Below, one piece after another: positions 1 through 8,382 of a DNA stretch of 24,181 bases. The translations under genes and the position numbers were made by a program. The notes beneath the pieces were generated by a model. It was not told the DNA's origin and made no database searches. It saw only the letters and a list, made by a program, of their open reading frames with translations. Origin of the DNA: Armatimonadota bacterium. Its GTDB lineage: Bacteria > Armatimonadota > UBA5829 > DTLH01. Numbering within the stretch: position 1 is the first letter of the stretch; each line of letters starts with the position of its first letter. The stretch lies in contig JBBRAE010000037.1 in NCBI GenBank assembly GCA_038207085.1, positions 1 to 24,181 on the forward strand. The letters run 5' to 3'.

Positions 1-43
1 GGTAGGCGGACGCGAAGAGAAACGAATCGGATTTTTGGCTTAG
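1..43 (+). CDS. 3' end of a gene entering the window, probably pseudouridine-5'-phosphate glycosidase (PsuG/IndA)
   Basis: Frame from position 2 reads VGGREEKRIGFLA*, with TAG at 41-43. The longer duplicate at 1292-1408 precedes the same peptide with ALLKNNARVAAKIA, which resembles the PsuG C-terminal helix (NIALxxNNARLAAxIA). Confidence 0.5.
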   Translation, partial: VGGREEKRIGFLA

Positions 44-148
44 ATATATATGGGCGGGCCTGTGTGTGAGCTTGTATAATGCAGAATGACTACCAGCTAC
101 GCCTTTTCGGTATCGGGGTCAATAATAGACATTACAGGAGATTACATA

Positions 149-1159
149 ATGCGACAGAACGACTTTTCACAGATACAGGCGGTGCTCGCAAACGAACGGC
201 CCGACCGACCGACGCTTTTTGAGTTCTTTCTGAACGGCTCGCTCTACCAGAAGCTGAGCGGCACGGCTGAGATGCCGCCGGTGTGGAGTCTTGAGTGGCA
301 CCGGGTAGCTATGTTTGCCTACCAGAAGGCCGGATATGACTATGCGCCAGTTCCTGCCTCGGCTCTTGTCTTCCCACAAAGGGAGCACGATAAACAGGCA
401 AGCCGCTCTATGAGCGAGACTGCCCTGATCTCTGACAGGGCGAGCTTCGAGAGCTACCCCTGGCCGGACGTCGATGCGTTTCCTTCCTACCTGCCCAAGC
501 TTGCAGGGGACGTGCCGGATGGGATGAAGCTGATCGTCTTTGGGCCGGGGGGCGTCCTCGAGAACGTGATGCAGCTAGCCGGGTATGAGCCGCTCTGTTA
601 TATGCTCTTTGATGCCCCTGAGCTTGTCCAGGATCTATTTGATTACGTTGGCTCGCGCCTGCAGCGTTACTACGAGCTTGTCGCAGCAGACACTTGTGTT
701 GGCGCGCTCATTGTAAACGACGACTGGGGCTTCAACACCCAGACTATGCTTCCACCCGAGGACATGCGCCGCTACGTCATCCATTGGCACAAGATAATAG
801 TAGAAACGATACACGCTGCAGGGAAGCCGGCGATCCTTCACTCCTGCGGCAATCTCGCACCCGTGATGGATGACATCATAGACGTGATCGGCTACGACGC
901 CAAGCACTCCTATGAGGATAACATCATCCCTGTTGAGGATGCCTATGACAAGTGGGGCAGCCGCATCGCGATCCTCGGAGGGATGGATCTGGACTTTATG
1001 TGCCGCTCGACTCCTGATGCAGTCACCGCGAGGTGCCGCGCTATGATAAAGAAGACTGAGCGGAGAGGTGGCTACGCTCTTGGCACCGGCAACAGCGTGC
1101 CGGAGTACGTGCCACACGAGAACTACTTTGCCATGATCGAGTCAGCGCTGAATTACTAA
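149..1159 (+). CDS. Uroporphyrinogen decarboxylase (UroD/MtbA-like TIM-barrel) family protein
   Basis: ATG 149 follows the RBS AGGAG. Motifs include ERPDRP at the N-terminus, NDDWGF, LHSCGN, ILGGMD and GYALGTGNSVP. Confidence 0.85.
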   Translation: MRQNDFSQIQAVLANERPDRPTLFEFFLNGSLYQKLSGTAEMPPVWSLEWHRVAMFAYQKAGYDYAPVPASALVFPQREHDKQASRSMSETALISDRASFESYPWPDVDAFPSYLPKLAGDVPDGMKLIVFGPGGVLENVMQLAGYEPLCYMLFDAPELVQDLFDYVGSRLQRYYELVAADTCVGALIVNDDWGFNTQTMLPPEDMRRYVIHWHKIIVETIHAAGKPAILHSCGNLAPVMDDIIDVIGYDAKHSYEDNIIPVEDAYDKWGSRIAILGGMDLDFMCRSTPDAVTARCRAMIKKTERRGGYALGTGNSVPEYVPHENYFAMIESALNY

Positions 1160-1249
1160 CCCGCATTATTCACGAGTAGTGTGAATAATGCTCTGTTAGC
1201 GAAAGCTTTTCGATGCTTCGGCTCGTCCTTTGGAGCCGAAGCCTTCTAA
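1156..1249 (-). mobile_element. Miniature palindromic element, copy 1 (variant: hairpin B plus linker, with a different second hairpin), flanked by CTAA..CTAA
   Basis: GCATTATTCAC-N7-GTGAATAATGC at 1163-1191. The linker TCTGTTAGCGAAAGCTTT is the reverse complement of the linker in the 20451 copy. GCTTCGGCTC-N8-GAGCCGAAGC hairpin at 1215-1242. CTAA at 1156-1159 and 1246-1249. Confidence 0.65.
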
Positions 1250-1291
1250 TCGGCGATAGTGGCCGCTATCACCGTAGCACATATCTATCGC

Positions 1292-1408
1292 TCGAAAACT
1301 GTCGCGTATGTCGCGCTGCTCAAGAACAACGCCCGAGTCGCCGCGAAGATCGCCGCCTCGGTAGGTGGACGCGAAGAGAAACGAATCGGATTTTTGGCTT
1401 CCCCATGA
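1292..1408 (+). pseudogene. Duplicated 3' fragment of the upstream (psuG-like) gene
   Basis: 1360-1400 matches 1-41 at 40/41 nt, and the single difference is synonymous (GGC/GGT). Translates SKTVAYVALLKNNARVAAKIAASVGGREEKRIGFLASP* with no start codon. Confidence 0.7.
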
Positions 1409-1428
1409 CGCGAGCACCTGATCTTTAG

Positions 1429-2019
1429 TCATACCACATCTCCATTGACCAATTCCATCAGTCTACGTCGCTCCCGCTCTCGTTCCTCAGCCACATATGC
1501 TGCTCTCTGTCGTTCATCCGCAATTGTCTGTGCCTCTTGTTCTCGCAGTTGCATTGATCGACACCGCGCGATCCATCGTTTCGAGTCCTTGTAATGCTCT
1601 ACTGCCGAGAAGTACCTAATTGCAGCTTGCCAGTCCTTCCGTGCGGCCTGCTGCTGTCCCGATGTGTTAAGGTAGTCTCTGTGCCTTTCCTTACACACCA
1701 TAACTCCGGTGACTGTGAAAGCGGTCATCGTAACTAGTAGGGCCACACCAAGAGCCCAATGACGAGAGAAGTAGGTAATCATACGCAGAATCGTAGCTAC
1801 CAATATGTCCATTCCTGAAAACGGTGGACCTAGGGCCATGGTGGTATGCTGTGGCGAGGTCCAGCCCCATGGGTCTGGTGTCCCCGAAGGCGGTGGTGGG
1901 TCAGGTGGCTGGCACTGCGCGCACATTCCATTGTCGGTGCATTGGTCACACACAAGGTGACCACAATTTGGACAACGCAAATACGCCAGTGAAGACTTGC
2001 AGATATGGCAGTTGGACAT
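1429..2019 (-). CDS. Hypothetical membrane protein: N-terminal Cys-rich zinc finger, Pro-rich linker, TM segment, TPR-like/coiled-coil C-terminus
   Basis: Four CxxC pairs in the first 37 aa, PPDPPPPS, hydrophobic WALGVALLVTMTAFTVTGVMV, a YKDS-containing helical repeat and a charged tail. Confidence 0.7.
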   Translation of the reverse strand: MSNCHICKSSLAYLRCPNCGHLVCDQCTDNGMCAQCQPPDPPPPSGTPDPWGWTSPQHTTMALGPPFSGMDILVATILRMITYFSRHWALGVALLVTMTAFTVTGVMVCKERHRDYLNTSGQQQAARKDWQAAIRYFSAVEHYKDSKRWIARCRSMQLREQEAQTIADERQRAAYVAEERERERRRLMELVNGDVV

Positions 2020-2073
2020 CCCTATAACCCCGACTCTGACAGTGCGGATAAATCAAGCGGCTCCTGCATACAC

Positions 2074-2105
2074 GACATTATGCTCTACCCCTAGAGCATA
2101 ATGTC
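2074..2105. promoter_or_regulatory. Perfect 14-bp inverted repeat overlapping a possible minus-strand promoter
   Basis: GACATTATGCTCTA-CCCC-TAGAGCATAATGTC. On the minus strand TTGACA (2107-2102) is 19 bp from CATAAT (2082-2077). Confidence 0.5.
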
Positions 2106-2181
2106 AAGTGAGTAAAACGTGACATACACCTTTTACTCGCCTCTCTTGCCGGTCGCAACCGGTCCACTCCAACGCAAGATA

Positions 2182-2206
2182 TGGTATGATATACATGTAT
2201 ATCATA
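2182..2206 (+). promoter_or_regulatory. relBE promoter (extended -10) and palindromic operator
   Basis: TGgTATGAT at 2182-2190. Perfect 22-bp palindrome TATGATATACA/TGTATATCATA at 2185-2206, directly before the RBS AGGAGG. Confidence 0.75.
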
Positions 2207-2219
2207 GGAGGTGCATACG

Positions 2220-2441
2220 ATGAAAAAAATGATGGCTATCCGGTTGCCCGAAGACATAGATCAGCGTCTGTCTGCACTTGCCAATCGTACGGGGAGAACG
2301 AAGACTTTCTACGCCAGGGAAGCCATTCTCAGGTACCTTGAGGATATGGAAGATACCTACGTCGCGCTCAAGCGCCTCGAACATCCAGACCGACGTCTTA
2401 GCATGGAAGAAGCGGAGCGCGAGCTTGGCTTGGAGCATTGA
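2220..2441 (+). CDS. relB: RelB/CopG-like ribbon-helix-helix antitoxin
   Basis: MAIRLPEDIDQRLSALANRTGRTKTFYAREAILRYLEDMED is a typical RHH antitoxin sequence. Strong RBS, and the gene overlaps the toxin start. Confidence 0.88.
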   Translation: MKKMMAIRLPEDIDQRLSALANRTGRTKTFYAREAILRYLEDMEDTYVALKRLEHPDRRLSMEEAERELGLEH

Positions 2442-2768
2442 GTGGGATGAGCGGGCGGTTAAGGATGCCAAGAAGCTGGATGAAAACGCGCGACGCAGGA
2501 TCGTCGGCTATCTTCGGGAGAGAGTCGCAACCGAAGAAGACCCCCGCAGGTTTGGCAAAGCTCTGACTGCGAGCAAGTCCGGTCTGTGGCGTTACCGGGT
2601 AGGAGGCTATCGGACCGTCTGCCGAATAGAAGATGAAAGGCTGATAGCCCGCTTTATTCGTGAAGCGAATAAAGCTCTCGCTAGCAAAGCGTTATTCACG
2701 CTCCTCGTGAATAATGCAGGATAGTGCTTATCCTGGCTGTAGGTCACCGAAAAACGGTGTACGGCTGA
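2425..2768 (+). pseudogene. relE: RelE/StbE toxin interrupted near its 3' end by a 77-bp insertion
   Basis: TTG 2425 starts MAWSIEWDERAVKDAKKLD...GKALT..GLWRYRVGGYR..CRIEDERLI. The present ORF runs into the element and stops at 2724. Deleting 2648-2724 gives ...ERLIVLILAVGHRKTVYG* (TGA 2766-2768). Confidence 0.88.
2644..2724 (+). mobile_element. Miniature palindromic element, copy 2 (73 bp, 2648-2720) with ATAG target duplication
   Basis: CCC-GCTTTATTCG(TGAAG)CGAATAAAGC-linker-GCGTTATTCACG(CTCCT)CGTGAATAATGC-AGG. ATAG at 2644-2647 and 2721-2724. Confidence 0.88.
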
Positions 2769-2946
2769 CCGCCGCAGGCCGGGCATACACTCCAAAGCAA
2801 CACACGCACGTCAATAATGAGCCTCTCATCCCTCCGCGCCTCTTGCCTTCAGCCCGCTATTGCTGCTATTCTATATGTGAGCTGTGCACCACAGCGGCGC
2901 ACGTCACTAAATATGTTCCTAGTGTGACGCATATACATCCAGCTCG

Positions 2947-2975
2947 TTGCTAATTTGCGCAGTATGTGATATACT
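2947..2975 (+). promoter_or_regulatory. Sigma70-type promoter of the ilvE-mcsA-mcsB(-clpC) operon
   Basis: TTGCTA-17 bp-TATACT with an extended -10 TG; RBS AGGAG before ATG 3001. Confidence 0.65.
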
Positions 2976-3000
2976 GTGAACATAACTTAGGAGCTCGCGT

Positions 3001-3873
3001 ATGGGACCAATGGTTTATCTCAACGGCAAACTCGTTCCTGACTCTGAAGCCTCGGTGTCGGTTATCGACCACGGTTTTATGTATGGGGACGGTATTTTTG
3101 AAGGTATTCGCGTATACAACCGCAAGATCTTCAAACTGAAAGAGCACATTGCTCGACTCTTTACAGGAGCGCGCGCTATTGCCATTGAGATTCCGATGGC
3201 AGAGGAGCAGTTCGTCGACGCGGTGTGTGAAGTGGTTCGCACCAACGAACTGGTAGACGGATATATCCGAGTCACAGTCTCGCGTGGACCGGCCCTGGGC
3301 CTCGACCCGAGGAACTGTACCAAGCCCACAATCGTAATTATGACCGGGAGTCTTGCTCTTTATCCCGAGGACATGTACCGCAACGGCCTCCGGGTTGTTA
3401 CGGTTTCGACCCGGGTGCCACCGGCGCAGTCGCTTGAGCCCAGGATCAAGTCGCTTGGCAAGTATATATGCAACATCCAGGCCAAGATCGAGGCGAACCT
3501 AGTGAACGCTGGCGAAGGCCTGATGCTAAACACCGAAGGCTACGTGGCCGAGTGCACCGGAGACAATATTTTCGTCATCAAGGGCGGGGTTGTGAAGACT
3601 CCTCCGGCTTACGCTGGGATCCTTGAAGGGATCACCCGCGCGACCGTTATGGACCTCGCCCGCGAGGCCGGTCTTCCGGTCGTAGAGACGATGATGACCA
3701 TTTTTGACGTTTACAGCGCCGACGAGTGCTTCCTTACAGGGACCGCGGCTGAGGTTATCCCCGTGGTCGATGTGGACTCTCGAAGGATCGGCGACGGCAA
3801 GCCCGGTGAGATCACCAACCAGTTGATCAAGGCGTTCCGAGTCGTTACCGCTTCGGAGGGCGTGCCGGTGTGA
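3001..3873 (+). CDS. ilvE: Branched-chain amino acid aminotransferase (class IV PLP enzyme)
   Basis: DHGFMYGDGIFEGIRVY, PRIKSL (PLP lysine), EGYVAECTGDNIF, ILEGITR, ADECFLTGTAAEVIPV. Confidence 0.93.
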   Translation: MGPMVYLNGKLVPDSEASVSVIDHGFMYGDGIFEGIRVYNRKIFKLKEHIARLFTGARAIAIEIPMAEEQFVDAVCEVVRTNELVDGYIRVTVSRGPALGLDPRNCTKPTIVIMTGSLALYPEDMYRNGLRVVTVSTRVPPAQSLEPRIKSLGKYICNIQAKIEANLVNAGEGLMLNTEGYVAECTGDNIFVIKGGVVKTPPAYAGILEGITRATVMDLAREAGLPVVETMMTIFDVYSADECFLTGTAAEVIPVVDVDSRRIGDGKPGEITNQLIKAFRVVTASEGVPV

Positions 3874-4250
3874 CCGGAGACGAGCAAGTTTGTCAACTTT
3901 GTCAGGCCAGAAAAGCGACCGTCAGCTTCAGTTGTTGGCGGTCGGGCCGTTTTCTAGACCGAACGTTTGTGTGCCTGGAATGTGCGCCGACCTTCGAGCG
4001 GATCTCCTACGGCAACTCGGGCCGACTTGCGAAGTTTGTCGCAAGCGCCGCACTGGTGCGCTCAAAAGCCGCGGGAATCGACCCGCAAAAGGGCTGTCCG
4101 GGCTGCGGCAAGACCGCTGCTATGATCCTGACCGATGCGGTAGCCGGGTGCGAGGTCTGTTACAAGCATTTCGGGGAGCAACTGGCCGAGCCGATAGCCT
4201 CTGTTCAGCCGTGGGGAGCACATGTCGGCAAATCCCCAAGAGGTGGGTAA
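3870..4250 (+). CDS. mcsA: McsA-like zinc-finger protein (no C-terminal UVR coiled coil)
   Basis: CQLCQARKAT, CLECA, CPGCG, GCEVCYKHF...HVGKSP. GTGA overlap with ilvE, and the gene lies upstream of mcsB. Confidence 0.8.
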   Translation: MTGDEQVCQLCQARKATVSFSCWRSGRFLDRTFVCLECAPTFERISYGNSGRLAKFVASAALVRSKAAGIDPQKGCPGCGKTAAMILTDAVAGCEVCYKHFGEQLAEPIASVQPWGAHVGKSPRGG

Positions 4251-4257
4251 GCTAGTG

Positions 4258-5301
4258 ATGTGGAAGCACACCCCACCGGCTTGGACCAGGGCCGACGGAC
4301 CGGAGTCGGACATCGTTCTTTCGACGCGAGCGAGGCTTGCGAGGAACGTTTCGGGGGTTCCTTTCCCCGGAAGAGCCGGCGGGTCGGACCTTGAAAACGT
4401 AGCGGAGCTTGCGAGGCTTTCGGCAAAAGGTCTTGCCCGGAAGTGGCCGAAGATCGAGGTCTATGACGTTGCCGCGATCGACGAAGACAGCCGGATGTTC
4501 CTGGTAGACGCCCATCTCGCGAGCCCGTGGCAAATTACCCCACGTCCTGGGGGTGCAATTCTGCTGGAGCCGAGCGGCACAATTGCCATAATGGTTAATG
4601 AGGAAGATCATTTTCGTATGCAGGCAATTCTGCCTGGCCTGCAGCCGCTTGCGGCGTGGCAGATGGTGGATGAGATAGACGATGAGCTTGCAAAATCTAT
4701 CAGATTCGCGTATTCTGATCGTCTCGGATATCTAACCGCAAGCCTTTCGAACCTGGGCACGGGCCTTAGGATTTCGGCGATGATGCACCTTGCGGGCCTT
4801 GCAAACGTTGGACGCCTTCGAGCGACCCTTCGGGCCGCAATCGAGCTCGGGGTTTCGGTGCGAGGGTTTTTTGGGGAAGGCTCACAGGGGCTTGGTGATC
4901 TTTATCAGGTCTCAAACGAGATGACTCTCGGAGCGCCGGAGCGAGAGCTTGCCGAGCGGGTTCGGGGAGTGGCCGAGCATATTCTGATTGAGGAGCGTCG
5001 GGCGAGAGAAGAGCTTTCTTCCGATGGCCGAGCGAAGATCCTGCGGGCCGCGAGAGCGAACATAAGAAAGATCAGGGGAGCTGAGACGATTTCATCGGGC
5101 GATGCGCTTGCCCTGCTTTCGCCGATCAGGCTTGCCGCCTCGGTTGCACGAATCGACGGGCTGGGCGCCATGCTCCTAAACGAGCTTATGGTCGAAATGA
5201 AAGTGGTCCATAGCGGCGACCCGAGCCGTCAGGCGACAACAGTCGCCGACCGCCATCGAGCGGTGCATCTGCGCAGGCGTCTGCGTGGAATAGATTTTTG
5301 A
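4258..5301 (+). CDS. mcsB: McsB-family protein-arginine kinase / ATP:guanido phosphotransferase
   Basis: DIVLSTRARLARN, IMVNEEDHFRMQ, GYLTASLSNLGTGLRIS, VRGFFGEGS, YQVSNEMTLG; located between mcsA and clpC. Confidence 0.9.
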   Translation: MWKHTPPAWTRADGPESDIVLSTRARLARNVSGVPFPGRAGGSDLENVAELARLSAKGLARKWPKIEVYDVAAIDEDSRMFLVDAHLASPWQITPRPGGAILLEPSGTIAIMVNEEDHFRMQAILPGLQPLAAWQMVDEIDDELAKSIRFAYSDRLGYLTASLSNLGTGLRISAMMHLAGLANVGRLRATLRAAIELGVSVRGFFGEGSQGLGDLYQVSNEMTLGAPERELAERVRGVAEHILIEERRAREELSSDGRAKILRAARANIRKIRGAETISSGDALALLSPIRLAASVARIDGLGAMLLNELMVEMKVVHSGDPSRQATTVADRHRAVHLRRRLRGIDF

Positions 5302-5457
5302 ATGAGAACTAGCATTCCTGCGAACCAACAGTGCAGGTAATTCGTCTAGTATAGTGGAATACACTTACAATATAGAGTTCACCGGAGGCAGGAAGCCTCC
5401 ATAGTGTTCGGAGCCAGCTGGTTCCGAACAGTCCCTAGCAAAGGAGGGAAACGATAA

Positions 5458-7923
5458 ATGTGGCAGAGGTTCACGGAGCGAGCACGGAGAGTGGTGTTCT
5501 TTGCCCAGGAAGAGGCCGGCAGACTCGGCGAGAATTATGTCTCGACTGAGCACCTGCTCCTCGGACTGGTCAGAGAAAACGACAGCGTTGCAGCGAGAAT
5601 CCTTGACCGCATGGGTGTAAGCCTCAGTCGGATCAAGTCCGAGATTGAGCGGCAGGTCTCTCGCGGAGACGGTCGCCTTGGGCAGGACATGCAGCTTACC
5701 CCCAGAGCGAAACGAGTGATCGACCTTGCCTACGATGAGGCGAGACAACTCAATAACAACTATATCGGCACTGAGCACCTTCTCCTTGGACTAATCCGGG
5801 AGGCCGAAGGCTTGGCAGGCCGCGTGCTTGCCAAGCTGGGTGTTGATCTTGAGCGCACCAGGCGCGAGGTCACGAGCCTTCAGGACGGAGATACGGCGCT
5901 CTCGCCTGCCGCTGGTGGGCGCACCAGATCGCGCACCCCTACTTTGGATGAGTTCGGGCGCGACCTGACTGAGCTGGCGCGCAACGAAAAACTGGACCCT
6001 TGCATCGGTCGCAACAGTGAGATTGAGCGTGTGATCCAGATTCTATCGCGGCGCACGAAGAATAACCCGGCCCTCATCGGTGAACCCGGTGTTGGTAAGA
6101 CTGCTATTGCCGAAGGCCTCGCACAGAGGATCATCGCCGGAGACACTCCGGAGACCCTTCGGGACAAGCGGATCGTATCCTTGGACCTTGCGGGGCTGGT
6201 AGCCGGAACCAAGTATCGCGGCGAGTTTGAAGAGCGGATGAAACGCGTTATGGAAGAGGTGCGCAAAGCCTCGGGCGAGGTCATCCTGTTCATCGACGAG
6301 CTTCACACGCTTGTCGGGGCGGGAGCCGCCGAAGGGGCCATCGACGCTTCCAACATAATGAAACCGGCTCTGGCACGAGGCGAACTGCAGTGCATCGGCG
6401 CAACTACGATGGACGAGTTCCGAAAGTACATCGAGCGCGACGCGGCACTGGAGAGAAGGTTCCAGCCGGTAAAGGTTAGCGAGCCATCCGTGGAGGAGGC
6501 GATCGAGATCCTGAAGGGGATTCGCGACCGCTACGAAAGCCACCACGGCGTGGAAATACGAGATGGAGCACTGTTGGCTGCCGCAAGGCTTGCCGACAGA
6601 TACATAACCGACAGGTTCCTGCCGGACAAAGCTATCGACCTGATCGACGAAGCGGCTTCGAGGGTGAGACTGCAGCTTACGCTGCCGCCTCAGAACCTTC
6701 GGGCTGCAAAGCAGGAGCTCGCGAAGATCACCAAAGACCTAAACGGCATTCCCGCAAGCGAGCAGTATGACGACGGCCCACAGCTTGCTGCAAAGCAAAA
6801 AGAGCTGAAAGCCAAGGTCGACGAGCTTGACGCTGAGTGGCAGGAGAGCAGAAGCTCTCTGCCGAACATAGTGGACGAGGACCAGATCGCCCACATTGTC
6901 TACAGTTGGACGGGTATTCCCGTCTCGCGCCTCGTTGAAGGCGAGAGCGCGAAGCTGCTCAAGATGGAAGAGGCGCTTCATGGGCGCTTGATTGGGCAGC
7001 ATGAGGCTGTGGTCGCCGTATCCAAGGCGGTGCGGCGCGCAAGGTCCGGCTTGAAGGACCCGAGACGGCCGATGGGAACGTTTATCTTCCTTGGCCCGAC
7101 CGGCGTCGGAAAGACGGAGCTTGCAAGGGCACTTGCGGCGTTCCTCTTCGACAACGAAGAGGCGCTTATCAGGATCGACATGTCCGAGTATATGGAGCGC
7201 TTTGCGGTCTCAAGACTCGTCGGGGCTCCTCCCGGATACGTCGGGTATGATGAGGGTGGTCAGCTCACCGAAGCTGTAAAGCGAAAGCCTTACTCGGTGG
7301 TGCTGCTTGACGAGATAGAAAAGGCCCATCCCGAGGTCTTCAACATCCTGCTCCAGGTTATGGAGGACGGGCGGTTGACGGACTCTCAGGGCAGGGTCAT
7401 CGACTTCAAGAACACGGTTTTGATCATGACGTCGAATATCGGCGCGCAGTCGATCGCAAGCGGTGAGAATATCGGGTTCCGCCCGGCAGTCAAGCCGCAG
7501 GAGAACGAGCGAGCCTACGACAGCATGAGAAACAGGATCGTGGACGAGATGAAGCGGCTGTTCAGGCCAGAGTTCTTGAACAGGGTAGACGAGACGATCG
7601 TCTTCCATCCGCTGACTCAGGACGAGATCCTGCAGATCGTGGACCTGATGGTCTCAAGAGTTCGGACCCAGCTAACCACGCAGGGCATCGGTCTTGAGGT
7701 CACTCAGGAGGTCAAAGAGACGCTGGCGAAGGAAGGCTTCGACCCGCAGTTTGGCGCACGGCCTCTTCGCCGCGCGATCCAGCGGTATATCGAAGACCCG
7801 CTTTCCGAGGAGATATTGCTCGGACGCTTCAGCGAAGGCGACACAATCCGCGCCGAGCTCGAAGACGGACGAATCTTCTTCACGAAGGCCGAAAACCGCG
7901 AGGTCGCAACGACCAGCATATAA
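5458..7923 (+). CDS. clpC: ATP-dependent Clp protease ATP-binding subunit ClpC
   Basis: Two Clp-N repeats (TEHLLLGL), Walker A motifs GEPGVGKT and GPTGVGKT, short M domain, GYVG pore loop, IGF ClpP-docking loop; RBS AAGGAGG. Confidence 0.96.
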   Translation: MWQRFTERARRVVFFAQEEAGRLGENYVSTEHLLLGLVRENDSVAARILDRMGVSLSRIKSEIERQVSRGDGRLGQDMQLTPRAKRVIDLAYDEARQLNNNYIGTEHLLLGLIREAEGLAGRVLAKLGVDLERTRREVTSLQDGDTALSPAAGGRTRSRTPTLDEFGRDLTELARNEKLDPCIGRNSEIERVIQILSRRTKNNPALIGEPGVGKTAIAEGLAQRIIAGDTPETLRDKRIVSLDLAGLVAGTKYRGEFEERMKRVMEEVRKASGEVILFIDELHTLVGAGAAEGAIDASNIMKPALARGELQCIGATTMDEFRKYIERDAALERRFQPVKVSEPSVEEAIEILKGIRDRYESHHGVEIRDGALLAAARLADRYITDRFLPDKAIDLIDEAASRVRLQLTLPPQNLRAAKQELAKITKDLNGIPASEQYDDGPQLAAKQKELKAKVDELDAEWQESRSSLPNIVDEDQIAHIVYSWTGIPVSRLVEGESAKLLKMEEALHGRLIGQHEAVVAVSKAVRRARSGLKDPRRPMGTFIFLGPTGVGKTELARALAAFLFDNEEALIRIDMSEYMERFAVSRLVGAPPGYVGYDEGGQLTEAVKRKPYSVVLLDEIEKAHPEVFNILLQVMEDGRLTDSQGRVIDFKNTVLIMTSNIGAQSIASGENIGFRPAVKPQENERAYDSMRNRIVDEMKRLFRPEFLNRVDETIVFHPLTQDEILQIVDLMVSRVRTQLTTQGIGLEVTQEVKETLAKEGFDPQFGARPLRRAIQRYIEDPLSEEILLGRFSEGDTIRAELEDGRIFFTKAENREVATTSI

Positions 7924-7954
7924 GCCGATCCGAAAAGATCGACAACGACTAACC

Positions 7955-7989
7955 AAAGCCCCCGCCGAGATAATCGGCGGGGGCTTTTT
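7955..7989 (+). terminator. Rho-independent terminator after clpC
   Basis: AAAGCCCCCGCCGA-GATAA-TCGGCGGGGGCTTT followed by TT. Confidence 0.88.
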
Positions 7990-8261
7990 GATGCTGCGTA
8001 TGGGAAACAAAAACGCGTTAACTCACAATATCCCCCGGGGTAAATAGAAAACAAAGGCAAGAAACGACACGTCAGGGGGAAGATCCGTGAAAAACCCAAA
8101 TCACGCTTTTTACCGCGAATCGACAAGACGACGAAACGCGCTTTCGGCCAGAACTTCGGCGGGATCATCGGCGAGTCCGACCCGGGGCGATCCTCTGTGA
8201 GCCGTGGGAACTGATAGACGGCTGAGTTCGCAATATTGTTTCCAAGCGAAACCGGCAGGCG

Positions 8262-8290
8262 TTGTCGGCAACCCCCAAATGCTGTATAAT
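8262..8290 (+). promoter_or_regulatory. Sigma70-type promoter of the aldo/keto reductase
   Basis: TTGTCG-17 bp-TATAAT. Confidence 0.6.
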
Positions 8291-8382
8291 TAAACTGCCG
8301 GGCATAATGCACGGGACTTCGAAAAACATCGGCGTTGTTGCCTGGCGACGCCGCAAGGTCCCGCACTGTTTTTGGAGAAAAG

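Noticed and set aside
2278..2424. N-terminal extension of the relE ORF in the track
   Set aside because: It overlaps relB out of frame. RelE similarity starts at TTG 2425, which gives the usual TA overlap.
7704..8366. 220-aa minus-strand ORF spanning the clpC end and the intergenic region
   Set aside because: It crosses a terminator, a promoter and the clpC 3' end, with no family resemblance.
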